From positions 18,104,001-18,168,000 of the forward strand of contig CM022670.1 of the NCBI GenBank assembly GCA_012295275.1: a stretch of 64,000 nucleotides of DNA, written 5' to 3'. A model generated the notes under the pieces. The model was not told where the DNA came from. It searched no databases and saw nothing but the letters and a program-made list of their open reading frames with translations. A program made the position numbers and the translations under genes. Shown here in pieces: positions 1 through 14,410 of the stretch. This DNA comes from Chrysomallon squamiferum (lineage: Eukaryota; Animalia; Mollusca). Numbering within the stretch: the stretch's first letter is position 1; each line of letters begins with the position of its first letter.

Positions 1-3000
1 TGACTAATTGAAAGTCACGCTATTTTATTTCCTGACACTGTGAAGGTGCATGTAAAACATGTATAATCGATAAGACAGAACATGAAGAGGACACTTGTCG
101 ATTTATTCTCGAAAAAAAACGAAAGCCTGACTCCTAGTAACCTTAAGAATTCTTTACTTCATTCGCTACAGTTAAACTGGATATTATTACGTTGTTGAAC
201 CCAGATTTGTTCACAACTACTATTACATAATACATACAATGGATTCTGCAATGGATTCGAGATATTTTCTTTATTAACAAGTAAAACGATTCAAATAAGA
301 AGAAAAACTAAGAAAGAATCTCTAAAGCTTTAATAGCTACAGAAACGATAAATGAACACCGATAGACTGAGTCAGGTACAGTTTATTTTTCAAATATCAA
401 GCATTTAAAAACTGTTAACAATTTTTTTTTTTAAATTCACAAACTGTGTCCGAGAAAAACAAAAAGATCTTTGAAGCTGCAAGATATTACATTTTATTTA
501 CTTTTTCCTTTACTTTTTCGAAGGTTTTATAATAAAATACATTATGTTGTATCTTGGTATTACGTGTTAACTGTTAGCATAATCAAATACATTACGTTGT
601 TTTTGAAGAAATCAAAACGCGACATCTTTAGGCTTTAAAACATTCAGTATTCGTGATAGGGGAAAACCCTGTGATACTGGATCTCTTTATGAAAGTGGAC
701 TTGATCAGTTAGGTTAATACACAGAGGTGCAGTAATCACATGGTAATTCCATTTAAAGTCTGTCTGTTTGAGTTTGCTGACCACAGTCGACCATAACGAC
801 CAATTTGGAAATTGAATGATTTTCACACTTCGACACAATTACAAAATGTCCCTTCTGGGCACAACGGAACGCGCGCAATCAATTTCATGTTTCCCGGTTC
901 ACTGCGATTTATGAAGACGTCTTCGGAGTGGCGCGGATTTTAATTCTGCAGCATGAAAATATTTTCACTCTGGTCCGAAAGATCTTAGGATCGATTGTGG
1001 CAACTGGTCACTTGTTATTTCTTCTAGTTTAAAAATAAATAAATAAATAAAGAAGAAGATGAAGAAGAAGACGAAGAAGTTAATTAATTAATAGGAGAAT
1101 AGGAAATCAAAAATAATTTTAAATATACTAATATTCATGAAAAAGATTTATGAAATATATATGCCATGAATATACTGTCCACCCTCTTGGATTATTTGTA
1201 AAGAATTTTGTGTTAGGGTCTGTTAGAATATCATCATTGATTATAAACATTTTATCCTTACTGCTTATAAGACAAGAAGATTCGAAACACAGAGAGATAG
1301 AACACAAGAAGACTGGCAGGTATTCAAAGAAATAATTAAAAACACACACACACACTCACACACACAGATACACACTCAAGCACCGACAAAGGGACAAACA
1401 ACAAATGTCTATTTGGATATAGTAATTTTAACATATGTATTGTAACATATGTGTAGAGCATGTAATTCTGCACGAACTGACAACTGCGATATTGCTTGAG
1501 GCGATTGCTGAACCTAGAACAGTAAATTTCTAATGTGTAATTATTTCCAATTTACGTGCTAAACCATCTAATAATGTCGCCTCTGCCGCCAGATTTCGCT
1601 TAAAGCTACTAACATTATTAAAACGCCTTTTCGTTTCCAACACTGATAATTGTTAATAGTATCCTATTATGAACGCTTTTACATCTCTCTGAAAGACGCT
1701 AATTTGCGTAAGTAAAGCCACTATTATTAAAGTTTATTTGATTTTCTTTTACATCATCAGAAACATGGGAACTTGTGTTGTAAAAGTCAGCTGAAAATAA
1801 TTAAATCTGGTAGCTCGTTTAGGTAAACAAAAATGTATTAAACAATGGCCTTACATATTTTATAATTAATTATACATGGACACATCTATACATATTAATC
1901 TCCGTACGTTAATTAACACTAGTTAAATATATAATTATCTGGTTCTGTTTTATCTCTCCGATATATATATATATACACACACAAACACACACACATACTA
2001 CTACTGCTACTTCTGCTACTACTACTACTATTATTATTATTATTATTACAACAATAATTATATTAATAATGATCACTGTAATGATGGTGATAATGATGAG
2101 GGTAATAGACAATTTAATCACTGTTATATATCTTTCCAATAAATTAAATGTCACCAAGATATAATATTCTAATACAATTAAGGAGAAAGAAACCGCTGAA
2201 GTCTAGACAAACTTCAAAATTATCTCACAGCCTGTTCTTAGTAATTTTCTGCTGACAACCTGCGGACAAGTTCCACAAACATTAAGAAACGTTTAAAGTG
2301 ATTATATTCATCTTGACGATGTCCGTGAAACTAGAAATTATTAAGATAAATCGCTTTCAGCGTGACCACCCCAGAGCTGACTTTGATGTACAAGAACTGT
2401 AATATTCAGGATTGGTCAGTTTTGATCTTATGAACGTTAATAACATTGATGGTCTATCGACCAGTGAGAAAGGACTTAACAGGAGGCCACATCAAACAGG
2501 GTCGCAGTCTTACTAGTAATTAAATTTATAAACAGTGTGTCGTTTGTGGGTTTCCGAGACAACTGTTTGCCGACGGCGACAAATCTACGTCAGCCATAGT
2601 TTTAAGAGTACATTAAATAAACTAAAGTTGCTAATATTATTACTGGAGCTGTTCTGTTACAACTTCTGCTGTTATTGTTTTATACAACTAGTATTACTTA
2701 CTTCTTCTGCTGCCACCTTCGGTACCATGAGCACTATTATATACAGTTACTGTTATATCTACTGTCGTCGCGTTTTCAAATACTATTTCTGCTGAAAACT
2801 ACTACTACTACTACTACTACTACTGCTGCTGCTGCTATTAGTACTACTACAATTATTAATAAAATCAATAACATCCTTGTTGTTTCTACTGCTAGCATGG
2901 CTATTATTTGCTGTTTATTTATTTATTTATCTTGTGAATTCTAAAAATAAATAAAGAACAGATAAGAAGAAGAAAAAGAAGAGTATAAATTAAAATGTTG

Positions 3001-4315
3001 ACAAAAACAATATCAAAAAGAAATAGAAACAAAATAGTTTGAAGAAAAAAAAAAAAACACTAACAAGAAGATAAAAAGAAAGAATGCTCGAAAACAAATA
3101 TAAAATTGACCTTGATTGGTCAATTCGATAAGCTGTTTCCTTTAAGCAGTATTACGGTTAACCATTCTCGTTGCTGACAGTTACCTTTCTCTGCATGCTG
3201 AAATCTCTACGGGGTCAGTACTAGTGCCATGAATCGATCTTCCTTTCATCTCACTGTCCGTATTCTGTAAGCGACTTTGATGCTACTCTTCTTGTATTCC
3301 CTACAGTTATTTCAATACTTTGGCAGTAATAGATTGTGAAACAGGGAATTCGTGGCGCATTTTTGAGCATTCGTGTTGCCAGTATTCTAATCGCATTATT
3401 ATTATTTTTCTCCCAGATCCGTTTAATTGTTTTGTTGAGATATTGTTCTTGACGTATTATTTTATTCGCTGATTTTCCCCTTTTAAAAAAAAAATCAAAT
3501 TCAACTGTTTTTCATTCAAATATTTAATGTTCAAACGATATAATAATATTATATAAACCTGATTATACATGTCATTCGGATATCTTTTTATACGTCGTGA
3601 CGTATTCATTTATCAGCGAAATCGTTTTCGAAATAAAATTTCAGATATATTTTTAATATGTATATTTTAAATATAAAGAAGTCGTCTATGTGTATTTATG
3701 TGCAGCACAAATTAAATTTTATTCCTCTGTAAATATCTTTCAAACAATTCCCTTCAGACCTAGTCATAGATAGATCGTCTATCTTTGTCTATAATTTAGA
3801 GAAAAACTAATTAACCTCTTAATTAGAACAATTAAGATCGCTCGTCCTGGGAACAAAGTGTTGGTAATAAAACGTTATATTTTAGATTTAGAGTGACATC
3901 TGACGTCAGTAAAGTAAAACTGATACGCCTCCACCATCAGTTAAGATTAGATAAAAAATTCAGTTAATAACTGGAAGCTTGTAAACAATGCAGAACAACG
4001 TAACAACAACAAAAAAATATTAACAAAAATATTAACTTACTTATATGCATATACATATGAATATAGTAGGTATGTATGTATGTACGAATGCACGTACGCA
4101 AGTAAGTAGGCCCTGTTTATTACTGCTACTATAACTTCTATTTATACGATAACTTCCCTCGCTGTATCTACAAATAATACTACCTCTACTATTACAACTA
4201 CTATTACAACTGCTACTATTCTACTACTACAACTACAACAACAACTACTACTACTGTTGTATTACTACTGCTGCTACTATTGCTATTCTACTACAACTAT
4301 TACTACTAATGCTAC

Positions 4316-4363
<48 letters not shown>

Positions 4364-7300
4364 GGGCGATAAGCGTAAATATCAGTGCAACTGAAATATT
4401 TATCCAGAGCAGCCCAGTTTATATAAATCTTCTGTTCTTAGTGAATGGCTCGCTGTCAAAGAATGAGTTAACCGGATGTGGAATTATTTCCCGACACGAG
4501 TTCTCACGCCACGAAGACCTCAGAGTCCTGATGTACGAGCTCGTTTTTCATCTGTGAATGAGATACGAAAAGATCGAGTTAATGTCGTCACTTAGAACGA
4601 TCCAGAAACAAAAAAGGAAAATAATGTGACTGATGGATTGTTAGGAATAAATTGTCTAATCGTTTGGCCTCCGAGTATTTCAATTGTGACAGCAAAAAAA
4701 GAAGTCATCAGTCTTCTTTAAGCATGCGGTATAAAATGGCGGAGCGAAAGGGATCTCGGGAAATGTTTAGATTCTTTCAAATTAAGTGTAGATTCTGATA
4801 GTACTGCCCCCCTGTGTGTATGAGATAGTTAGATTCCTTATTTAAAAATTACTATTTAAAAATGACGTTATTTGTTTACTTACGTAGTTATCGATATAAA
4901 ATACTATCGAAAAGTTTACTAATTATAAAACAGAATAATAGAATAAATATTTAAGTATAGAAAAGATTATTAGACCTTAAAGAAATAATTAACAAAGAAA
5001 TGATTATATTAATACAAACTGAAAGAGAAACGTACAAATAATTTCAAAAAACCCATCGGAGCGACTTAAAAACGAAAAGAAAGAGAAAAGAAAACGCAAA
5101 ATATCTTTCATAATAATTTTTAATAATAATAATAAAAAAAATAATAGAAATAATAATAATTATTATAAATAAAAAATTAGTAAGTAAAATTTTAGAAATT
5201 TGAAATGATTGTGAATTTTTACTTCATAATAATCAAAATAAAAAAAATTCAAATTATAGTACTTAACAAATTATTTAGTAAAGTCTGAAGATTTAACCTA
5301 AATCAAACATGGTTTATGATGAGCTGAAGTATATAAAAAAAACATAGAAAATACATTTAGAACATTTTTGGTCAAGTATCATTATAATCGTGATATTGTT
5401 TTTTTTTTTTTTTTTTTTTTCTAAAATTAAATTTTAGAACGCACTGCATATATTTTACACACACATTTATTCAGTAAAAATAAAAATGTGGAAGAAATGA
5501 ATATTCACAAAAGACGAGAAATAAAGTAGGTCTAATGCATTTTATACAGTTCTGTTTTAGACACGCCTCTCAAACAGGACAAATTAACGTCCTTGCTGAG
5601 ATGTTGCAGGACGAAGGATAAAGTTCTGAAAAGCAGGAGTGTCTGGCCACCCTGGTGGAAGTACTACACGTCTTTCTTCAAACACACCCTGCCCGGTGCG
5701 AGATTACGTCCATTCTATTACAACAATAAAGAGTTCACTTACACAGCGCCAACACTAACGATTTCCATTCTAGTGTCAATAATGCGACGAGCCGGTAAAT
5801 TTCTATTTGATTCCATAAATTTTGTTCTGCAATAAAATTAATCAACTGACACCCAGTTAGAATAGTCGAGCAGTGCCTCTGCCAGTCTCACAAAACCGCA
5901 ATCGCTGCAGTAATTGGCCCGGGTTTCAGTGCACCATTAATTCCCGCCAAAACCAGACATGAGACTGAGAATTGACTGGTTCACGTGCGGTTCTAGCGGT
6001 GTCAGTTACAAGATTTTTGTTGTGTTTTGTTTTTTTTTTTCTTTTTCTTTCAGTGTATGCCTTTATCTCCTGTGTCTATGTCTGTCTTCTTATTCTGATC
6101 TTCAGCGAATGAAGAGATGCAAAATAAAAGAGTAATTGGATAATAAAAGGAAAAAAAAAAATAATAATAAAAAAAAATTAATTAAAAAAATAATAATAAT
6201 AATAATAATAAAAAAAAATAAAAATTGATTTAAAAAAAAAAATAATAATAAAATAATAATAAAAAAAATTATAATAATTATAAAATCATTGAATTATTTT
6301 AAAAGAATAATAAAAAAAAAAATACCGTAATTCAAACATAAACAAATATGCAAGCACACACAGAAAGACACACAAACATACAAACACACACGCGCGCTTC
6401 AGTACAAACGTAGAATCGAGTTTAACAAATTATATTTACTTTTTTTTTATTTATTTATTTATTTTTTTTTTTTTCTAACATCAACCTAACTTGATACAGT
6501 TTCGGAGATCTACATCAAACAAGAACGGGCAAACTTGACTACACAAACAGAAAAAGTAAAATACGTATTTTAAAAAGTAAAAAAGTTTAGCAAAATTCCT
6601 TATAATTCTAAGTTAATTAACTTTCACCTTTTCTTACGTATATTTTCTTTAATCGGTGAAGTGTGTGGGCTCAGCTCAACGTGTTTAATCTTTAGACATA
6701 GACTGGTTGTCAAGACTGATCAAAGCGGATGTTGCGCATTTTATTTAATAGGAAACAGACGATCCTGCAAAACATAGTCCACCTTTCGCCTTTTTAACTA
6801 TCACATGAAATAAATAAAACAAAATTCAAGTGTTTGCTAATTATTACGCCAATATTGGATTATTTGTTTCGGAAACAAGCTTTCAGCGAAAAGACTCAAT
6901 TAAGATCGCATTCCCGGTGTCTGTCGTTACCACGTTTTTATTGCAACAATATCCTAATAAAATGACATGCTGTTTGCAATAAAGACAGAAATTAATTCCA
7001 GGCACAGATCAAAACGAAGCCTTTGAGCTTTGTCTTCATGCAAGGATAATACTTCTGTTACAAAGAATAGAAGTACTCTGGGTTATGGTGCGATATATGT
7101 GTCGAGATACAAAAGAAATGACAGATTTTCCAATCAGAACTTCTTAGAAAGAATAAAAATTGAATGACTCAAATAATTTACTCTTTGCAATATATTTTTT
7201 AAAAGTAATATAGAAGATAACAATGGAAACAGTCATAATGAATTAATGCAGTTTTGAAAGCTTGTATTATAAAAAGAGAAAAAGAGTGGTTTGTTTATAA

Positions 7301-8403
7301 CGAATTTTCTGGATGAAGAAAGATAAATATATTTAACAAATTGAAGATGTTTAATAAAAATATTATTGTACTGATTAAACAAAATAGAATTTATAAGCCA
7401 CCGTCAGAAAAAAGAATAATTCATTTAAAAATCTTTTTTACTTTTCGATTAAACACTGCACGCTGTTAATCAAAGAATAAACAGTTTTAAATCCACTAGT
7501 ATATAATAGATATTAGGCTTTAGGTACTTTGCCACACAGCTTAATTATTTTTATCTCATTTATTTTAAACCGCTATTAGAAAATTTTATCCGAATTTTCC
7601 TCTTTTTTTTTCTTCAAATATATATTATTTAATACGACACTTTTATGTTACAAAATCTGGACTAGGAATAGCTAACACGATAAAATTTCGGAGAAATATG
7701 TTTTGATATTTCTTGTTCAGACTCGGATTTCATAGTTTTAATTCTTGTGAACTACGTATCTCCACATAGCCTTCTGTCATGTGACAGCCATGAAAAAGAA
7801 AAGATTTAAGTTCTGAAAATAACATTTATTATTTCTTTTTCTCAGTATTACGTAAAGTAATTTAAACGTTCAAATATATTTTCACGGACATGAACTCTCA
7901 TTTCGTCTGAACTTATGAAAACGAAAACAAGACAAAGAAAACTGTTCTTTAAGCTATAAACACAGAAACTGTATTTTCAGAGTTCGGTTCAAAGATTATT
8001 AGCTCTATAATTCACTTTAATCGTTTTATCTTTTAATGAACAAAATTCTAATTGGAATATCTCGCATTTTATTTTTCCTCAGCAGTACGTATAATAGGAT
8101 TTTCTTGTTTCTAAATCATTTAAAATAATTAATTAAATGCATTTTCTATCTCATGCAAGGACAATTTAAATGATATCATCTTGGCAGTAATGACTGTTTA
8201 CATCATGTTTGTTATTTGCGGTAAAAATACCAAGGCTTGATTTCCAACAAATAGTGAACAGAGTTTACCAAACTGACATTTTGATTGATGGTCTCTTTCA
8301 AGTTAACATGCCGAAAATTATCATATGTACGTACATATGTTACATACATTCATATAAACATACACACATACATATATACACATGCATGTTTTTATACAGC
8401 ATG

Positions 8404-8440
<37 letters not shown>

Positions 8441-9305
8441 GAATTTGGACGTTAATATTTTTAATCATATATGACGATAAACTGTTTACGATATAATGAA
8501 AGGTCCTGGCAATGTCTAACGTCTTCGACCGCTTTTCCCAGCAGATTTTCCAAAATTTAAACACTTTGTTTATTATTTGCTTTGCCAGTTTATAAAATTC
8601 GAAATAATGCACCCTTTTGCAACATATACAATTATATTTAATCTACCGCTCATCTTTATTATATACTTGTATCTACATTTCATATCAGGCAACAATCCTT
8701 GTGGGAGTTTTTCTTACCCTTGTTGTTACTGAATTATAAAAAAAGTGACACAGATTCTGCTGGAATGGTAATTGGACGAACACGTTGGGGAAAAGACCCG
8801 ATTTTGCTGCCTCGCAAATCGCGACTTCCCCTGAGGGCAAAATGTCTTAGTGTATTTCGGAAAATTAAAACAAACTAGGATTTTGTTACGGAAAGGAATC
8901 AGTTATTTGTCTCTTTGCGGGGAGCAAAATAGATTTTGCAGGAGATTAGGTGATTGTTATGGACATTATAATGGATCAAGGGAGTGGACAAAATGTTTGC
9001 TTGACATCGAAGACACGACGCCAAATTTTATAATTGTTTATGATGATGGTCTACTCTTAATTTAACAACAACAATTATTTTATATTCACCTTCCACACAC
9101 AACAAAGAATATATTATGTCCTTTAATAAATCTGTCCGTAGGAACTAGCTTGAACGGGAAATAATGTTAAATTTTTTGGGGAGGTCTGACGTGAAACTTA
9201 TTACAACTACGGCATGCGTTCTAACTACTGAAGTTTTGGCGACTTGTTGTTTGTAGTTAACATGGAAACAGCAGAACAAAAATTAAAGTCTAGTCAGAGT
9301 ACAAA

Positions 9306-9339
<34 letters not shown>

Positions 9340-10520
9340 TAAATATATATCATATTCAAACAGTTGCTAGAAAATATTAATTGTAAAAAGAAACAATCGA
9401 ATTACAGCAAACGGTTGAAGAATTGCTGTGATGTCTATTTAGTTTTAATACTGCCGTGTAACATAAATAAATCAAATACTGCAATACGTTTATAAATCTT
9501 CTTATGTGAGCTTTGAAGCTTAAAACAATCCTTTTATTACATTTTAACCACAATTCCTCTTTTTTTTTTTAATTCTTGAATAAAAATGCTACCAATGCAA
9601 TTAATGCAAGAGAAAAAAAAATGAAAAAATAAAATGTGCTGATTTCAAACAGAGATTGGAGGTATTTAACCACTTTTAAACCTAATCGTAATGCACTTTC
9701 AAGAGCGATGATAAAATTAATTTCTTTAAAATTTTTATTACATCGATTGTCTCTCGGCTACAAGAGAATGCTAATAAAAGCAGTCAAGGTATTAATACGT
9801 AACATCAATAAAACGATCTTGTCTTAACATCCGCACTTGTTTTGTCTGACATCAAACAGCAAGTAATTAAACCTGGAACGGTATCGTTAAAAAAAAAAAA
9901 AAAAAATCACCCTTTCTCTTGACGTCCATATTGCTTTGTGTCACGTGCTGTAAAAGCCCCGAGGATGGGCAGATACGGGTCGTACGATCGACCCACTGCA
10001 TCAGATACCTTTGAAGAGTTCTCGTTTTTACGACGTAATAAATTAACTCTCTGATAATGGCGTACACTCCTCACAAAGAGTTCAAGCGTTGATCAGGCTC
10101 AGTTCACTGATAAAAGCTAATCTGTCTATGAAAATGATACATTACTTACAATAACAAAGATGAGTTTTAATGTTTACAGTTTTCATTGTCTTATTTATGA
10201 TATCTGCACACCGAAAGCACATTATTTTTTTTACTGGTGAAAGCAAATAATTAAAGTAAATAATTTTCAAAATGTATAAAATTTGTTAGATAGGCTTCAC
10301 AAATAATAAAGTGTTATATTAAGTATACTTAATAAACATGCATTCTGTTTATTAATCTGTTTATTTGTCTCTTTTTCTGTCTCTGTGAATCTTTTTATCA
10401 AAGAATGTTCTTTGTTTCCATGGAAGGTCCAATATAATATATTTCAAGTAAAGAAGCAGGTTTGCTTTTTTTTAATAATTATCATTACTATGTAAAGCAA
10501 CAATACAAGCATATATAAGA

Positions 10521-10522
<2 letters not shown>

Positions 10523-10570
<48 letters not shown>
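10523..10570. repeat. (GT)n microsatellite
   Basis: Perfect run. Others at about 8409-8437, 38469-38510 and 46407-46452. Confidence 0.97.
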
Positions 10571-10572
<2 letters not shown>

Positions 10573-11760
10573 CTCTTTATTTATTAGACATCTTTCAAAC
10601 AAATTATTTTGCCATCAACTCCCATGTGTGTCAGTGGTTTTGTATTTAATGATTAACATTTTTTTAGGATCTTCTTAAGTTTAATGACTCAGTACGTTGT
10701 GATGTTTATTCCGTGCATCCTGTCTTTTTTTTTTTTTTTTTTTTTTTCTTTTTTCTTTGGCTTCAGTTCAGTGTTAAGTGCTTAGTGAGATCGCTTTCAT
10801 TAGGTCACCAAAATGTGCACAATTTACTTATTCACACCAGCCATTAAACCGTATATACTGTAAAAAAAAAAACACTTTAAAAAACAAACAAACATAATAC
10901 GACCGTTCAAGGCAGACAGCCAAATAACCCATGCTGCACGTTCACGAAAGCCTAGCTGAACGTTAATTGGACATAAAAAAAAGAAGAGGAAAATTAAGTA
11001 GAAACTCAAAAGAAAAGCACGTATGTGGAAGATAAAGACAAGATGGTATATCGCATTTGTTAGATGAGCTGATTAACGGTTTCACGAATCGGGTGAAACT
11101 GGACACGAAACCGTTACACGATGTCTGTCACGTTTTCAGACACACGTAATGCACAAAGCATGATTTTCTCTTTGATTGATTATTTTCTAAAAATCGATTG
11201 ACGTGATTCCGGAAACGTGATTTGATCTATGAGTTTGATGTGTGTACTTGTTATATCCAGTCGTATACCATGTAGTACGATATTTGATTTACGCCGTATT
11301 TTCTCATTTATTAAAATACTGATATAAATCAAATATGACATTTTAAAAAGAAAAGAACATTAAAAAAAAAAGTAGAACGAGAAAACCTACATATTTCTTT
11401 AACGTGATCACGGTATGATCTTTATATTTGGTTGAAGTCTTTAAAGCAATAAATCTCTTACTGACATGTATTGCAAACGTCGGTGCAAATGTGATGAATG
11501 TATTTACGTTGAAATAGGTTATCCACGACGATGAAATGTAAGAGATATTGAAAAAAGATTTTAAAAAGACAAATTTATCATGAAAACTGATAAAAGCAAA
11601 CAGAACGACGAAGGAATGAAACAGAGAAAGAAAGAAAACTGGAAAGATAAAGAAAGGAAAGAAATAAGGAAGAAAAGAAACAAAGATATGAAAGAAGAAA
11701 GACTTTACTAGTTAAAGTCGCATTCAGAACATTTACAATCAGCAGTTATAATTACGTCGT

Positions 11761-11819
<59 letters not shown>

Positions 11820-12660
11820 GAGACTATAAAATTGCTGCTTCTAAATCTAGGTAAAAAATAATAATAACAATAATATAATAATAATAATAGTAATAACAAT
11901 AATAACAATAAAATGATGTTTCTTATAATTATTATTTTTTCTGTGAATACAACAAGTGTCACCTCTTGTCACCCACTGAATTAAAGTGTATTTTCAGCAA
12001 ATCCACTGATTTATAAGTCCAAATCTGATAAGGTCCTTGAACAGAAAAGCTGTCGGGAACAAGAAAAATGTAGTCGAATTTTTATTTTATCAGAATTGTC
12101 TTAGATAGATCTTTTTAGGTGAAATTAATAAATGTTAAATTGCTTCCTTTTTGCATAAATGCTAATAAAAAGAAAGAGAAGAAATGATTTTCGAAAATTT
12201 ATTTATATTAATTCATTTTTTACATATATATATATACTGTCCTTTTTTTTCCCTTTTCTTTTCTTTTTCGTTTTATTCGCACCATTGAAAGATAGAGTAT
12301 TAACAGGTGCCATGAAAATGTTTTTTTTTTCGTGGCTTGCAAACATGTAATTACTTCCTGGAAAAGAAGACAGCAACCAGACTATGTTATTGGGAATCTT
12401 TTATTAAAATTTTTTGCATGGTGTTGACGCCATTCGGTAATGATGGAAATTAAAGTGTCTAATTTCGCCAAATTTCGGCTAAGTAGGCTGAAAATGTCAC
12501 ACACTGGAGTTAAAGTGACATGGTAAGAGTCGTAGAATACAAAAAAAAAAAAAAAAATACCTCGCACTGAAAGACATTTGAAATATTCATTTCAGACGTC
12601 TGCAGAATAAAATGCACGAACGTTTCATTTAAAGTCAGTATACTTGTAATTTACAGTGAT

Positions 12661-12847
12661 TTATACTGCGTCATACTAATGGTTAAGAACTGTCAGTATA
12701 TATTTTTAAATTATAGTGATAATATCTGTAAGAGGGCTCCTGTCATCATAAATTTGTAGCTTAGAGTCCTAAGCAAGAAGAGATATGATATATACAAATT
12801 TGTAATTAACATTTATATTGCGTCATACTAGTCGTTAAGGACTGTCA

Positions 12848-12855
<8 letters not shown>
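12661..12855 (+). repeat. Pair of ~43-bp direct repeats
   Basis: TTATAYTGCGTCATACTARTSGTTAAGRACTGTCAGTATATAT at about 12661 and 12813. Confidence 0.85.
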
Positions 12856-12881
<26 letters not shown>

Positions 12882-13639
12882 GTGTTTCCCCCATTAGTGT
12901 GTGTTGTGTGTGAGTTAACCCCTTCCTTCAATAAAGTCCACATCCACATCCACAAGGCGGACGTTTTTACCGTTCGGCCATCCAGACACCTTAAAAAAAA
13001 CCTGCTTATTAACCGAGGTTAATTATCGCTTCCCACGAAGCACGTCGATCTTTGTCTTTCGTCATTTCTGCGTCTATTTTTTGCAAAAAAAATTGGGTTA
13101 GTATGTATTTTTTGGATTTTTATTATGTAATTTTTTTATATGTATGAATGATTTTTTATTATTCTCTGTCATATATACGTCTGTATGTTTCTATATTTTA
13201 TTTTAAATAGAAAAATCTGAAAAGCCACTGATAGGTAAGATTGTTAGTATTCTCTGTTTTTTTTTCTCAGTAATTTAAATAACGAATTATTTGCCTGCTA
13301 ATCAGCGCATATGTTTCTATATTTTCGTTTTTAGTTTGTTTCTTTAGTTTTTTCTTTTTATTCATTCTTTCTTTAAGTTGTTTCTACATTTTTTTCTTTT
13401 TTCTTTCTTTCCTTCCTTCTTTCTTTTCTTTCTATCTTTACTATCTTTTATTTTATTTCTTTTATTCTTTCCTTCCTTCTTTTTTTTTTTCTTCGTTTTA
13501 TGATTTCTTTATGATTTATTTATGATAAATCTTTAATCAGTTCATACACTCTGCTCTCACTGATTGTTTATTTAAGCTTTTGTAATCGAATTTCTTTCTT
13601 TTACTTTACATTTTCTTAATGTACTTGCTATCGACCTTC

Positions 13640-13901
13640 ATCGCTCTGATTTTGTCTTGTCTCAGGATTTCATCGGTGTAGATGGCCGGCAGTGATGTCG
13701 TAGCTTCCTCACGGGCCCATTTCCGTCTGACGAACCGATTACCAGTGGCGTCTGCAGGACGAACCTGATACCAGTGGTCTCGTCTCCCGGTACATGGTCT
13801 TATCTGAACATCTCCGATAGATACCATTCGGGCGAACCTTATTTTTATTGAAGAGATATCCCCGAAACAGTGACATACTCAACTTGCTCCAGTCCAGCCA
13901 T
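13640..13901 (-). pseudogene. Frameshifted FLYWCH zinc-finger N-terminus, probably from a MULE transposase
   Basis: Three minus frames join as MAGLEQVEYVT / FRGYLFNKNKVRPNGIY(R)RCSDK / PCTGR...RFVRRKWAREEATTSLPAIYTDEI. This resembles the FLYWCH pattern GY.F...Y-W-x-C...C.GR, with the W codon read as CGG (one change from TGG). The terminal HxH was not recovered. Confidence 0.55.
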
Positions 13902-13930
13902 AGTGATAGTACTGACACTTTGCCAAACAA

Positions 13931-13982
<52 letters not shown>

Positions 13983-14156
13983 TCACTGATTCAAAAGACA
14001 GAAAGCTCATCGGTAGTCAGTCTACTCAATTTATTTAATACAAGAGGGTGGTCTTTCTCCAAAAAATGTATTGTCAGTGGAACAATGTATTTATTTAATA
14101 ATGAAACATTAAATGCACAGCTGACTAATACGTTCTCACTCCAAGGCAAGAGTTAG

Positions 14157-14410
14157 CATCAATTAAACAATGAAATACCAAGCTCATTGGGCTATCCCAT
14201 GCAAGTGTTACCATCAGTTAAACAATGAAATACCAAGCTCATTGGGCTATCCCATGCAAGTGTTAACATCAATTAAACAATGAAATACCAAGCTCATTTG
14301 GCTATCCCAAGCAAGTGTTAACATCAGTTAAACAATGAAATACCAAGCTCATTGGGCTATCCCAAGCAAGTGTTAACATCAATTAAACAAAGAATTTATT
14401 TAATCCCAAG
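14157..14410. repeat. 55-bp tandem minisatellite, 4 full copies plus a diverged partial copy
   Basis: Unit CATCARTTAAACAATGAAATACCAAGCTCATTGGGCTATCCCAWGCAAGTGTTAA starting at 14157, 14212, 14267, 14322 and 14377. Confidence 0.95.

Noticed and set aside
5593-5835. GC-richer ORF region as a possible exon
   Set aside because: No recognisable domain in the frames I read and no convincing splice-site pair.
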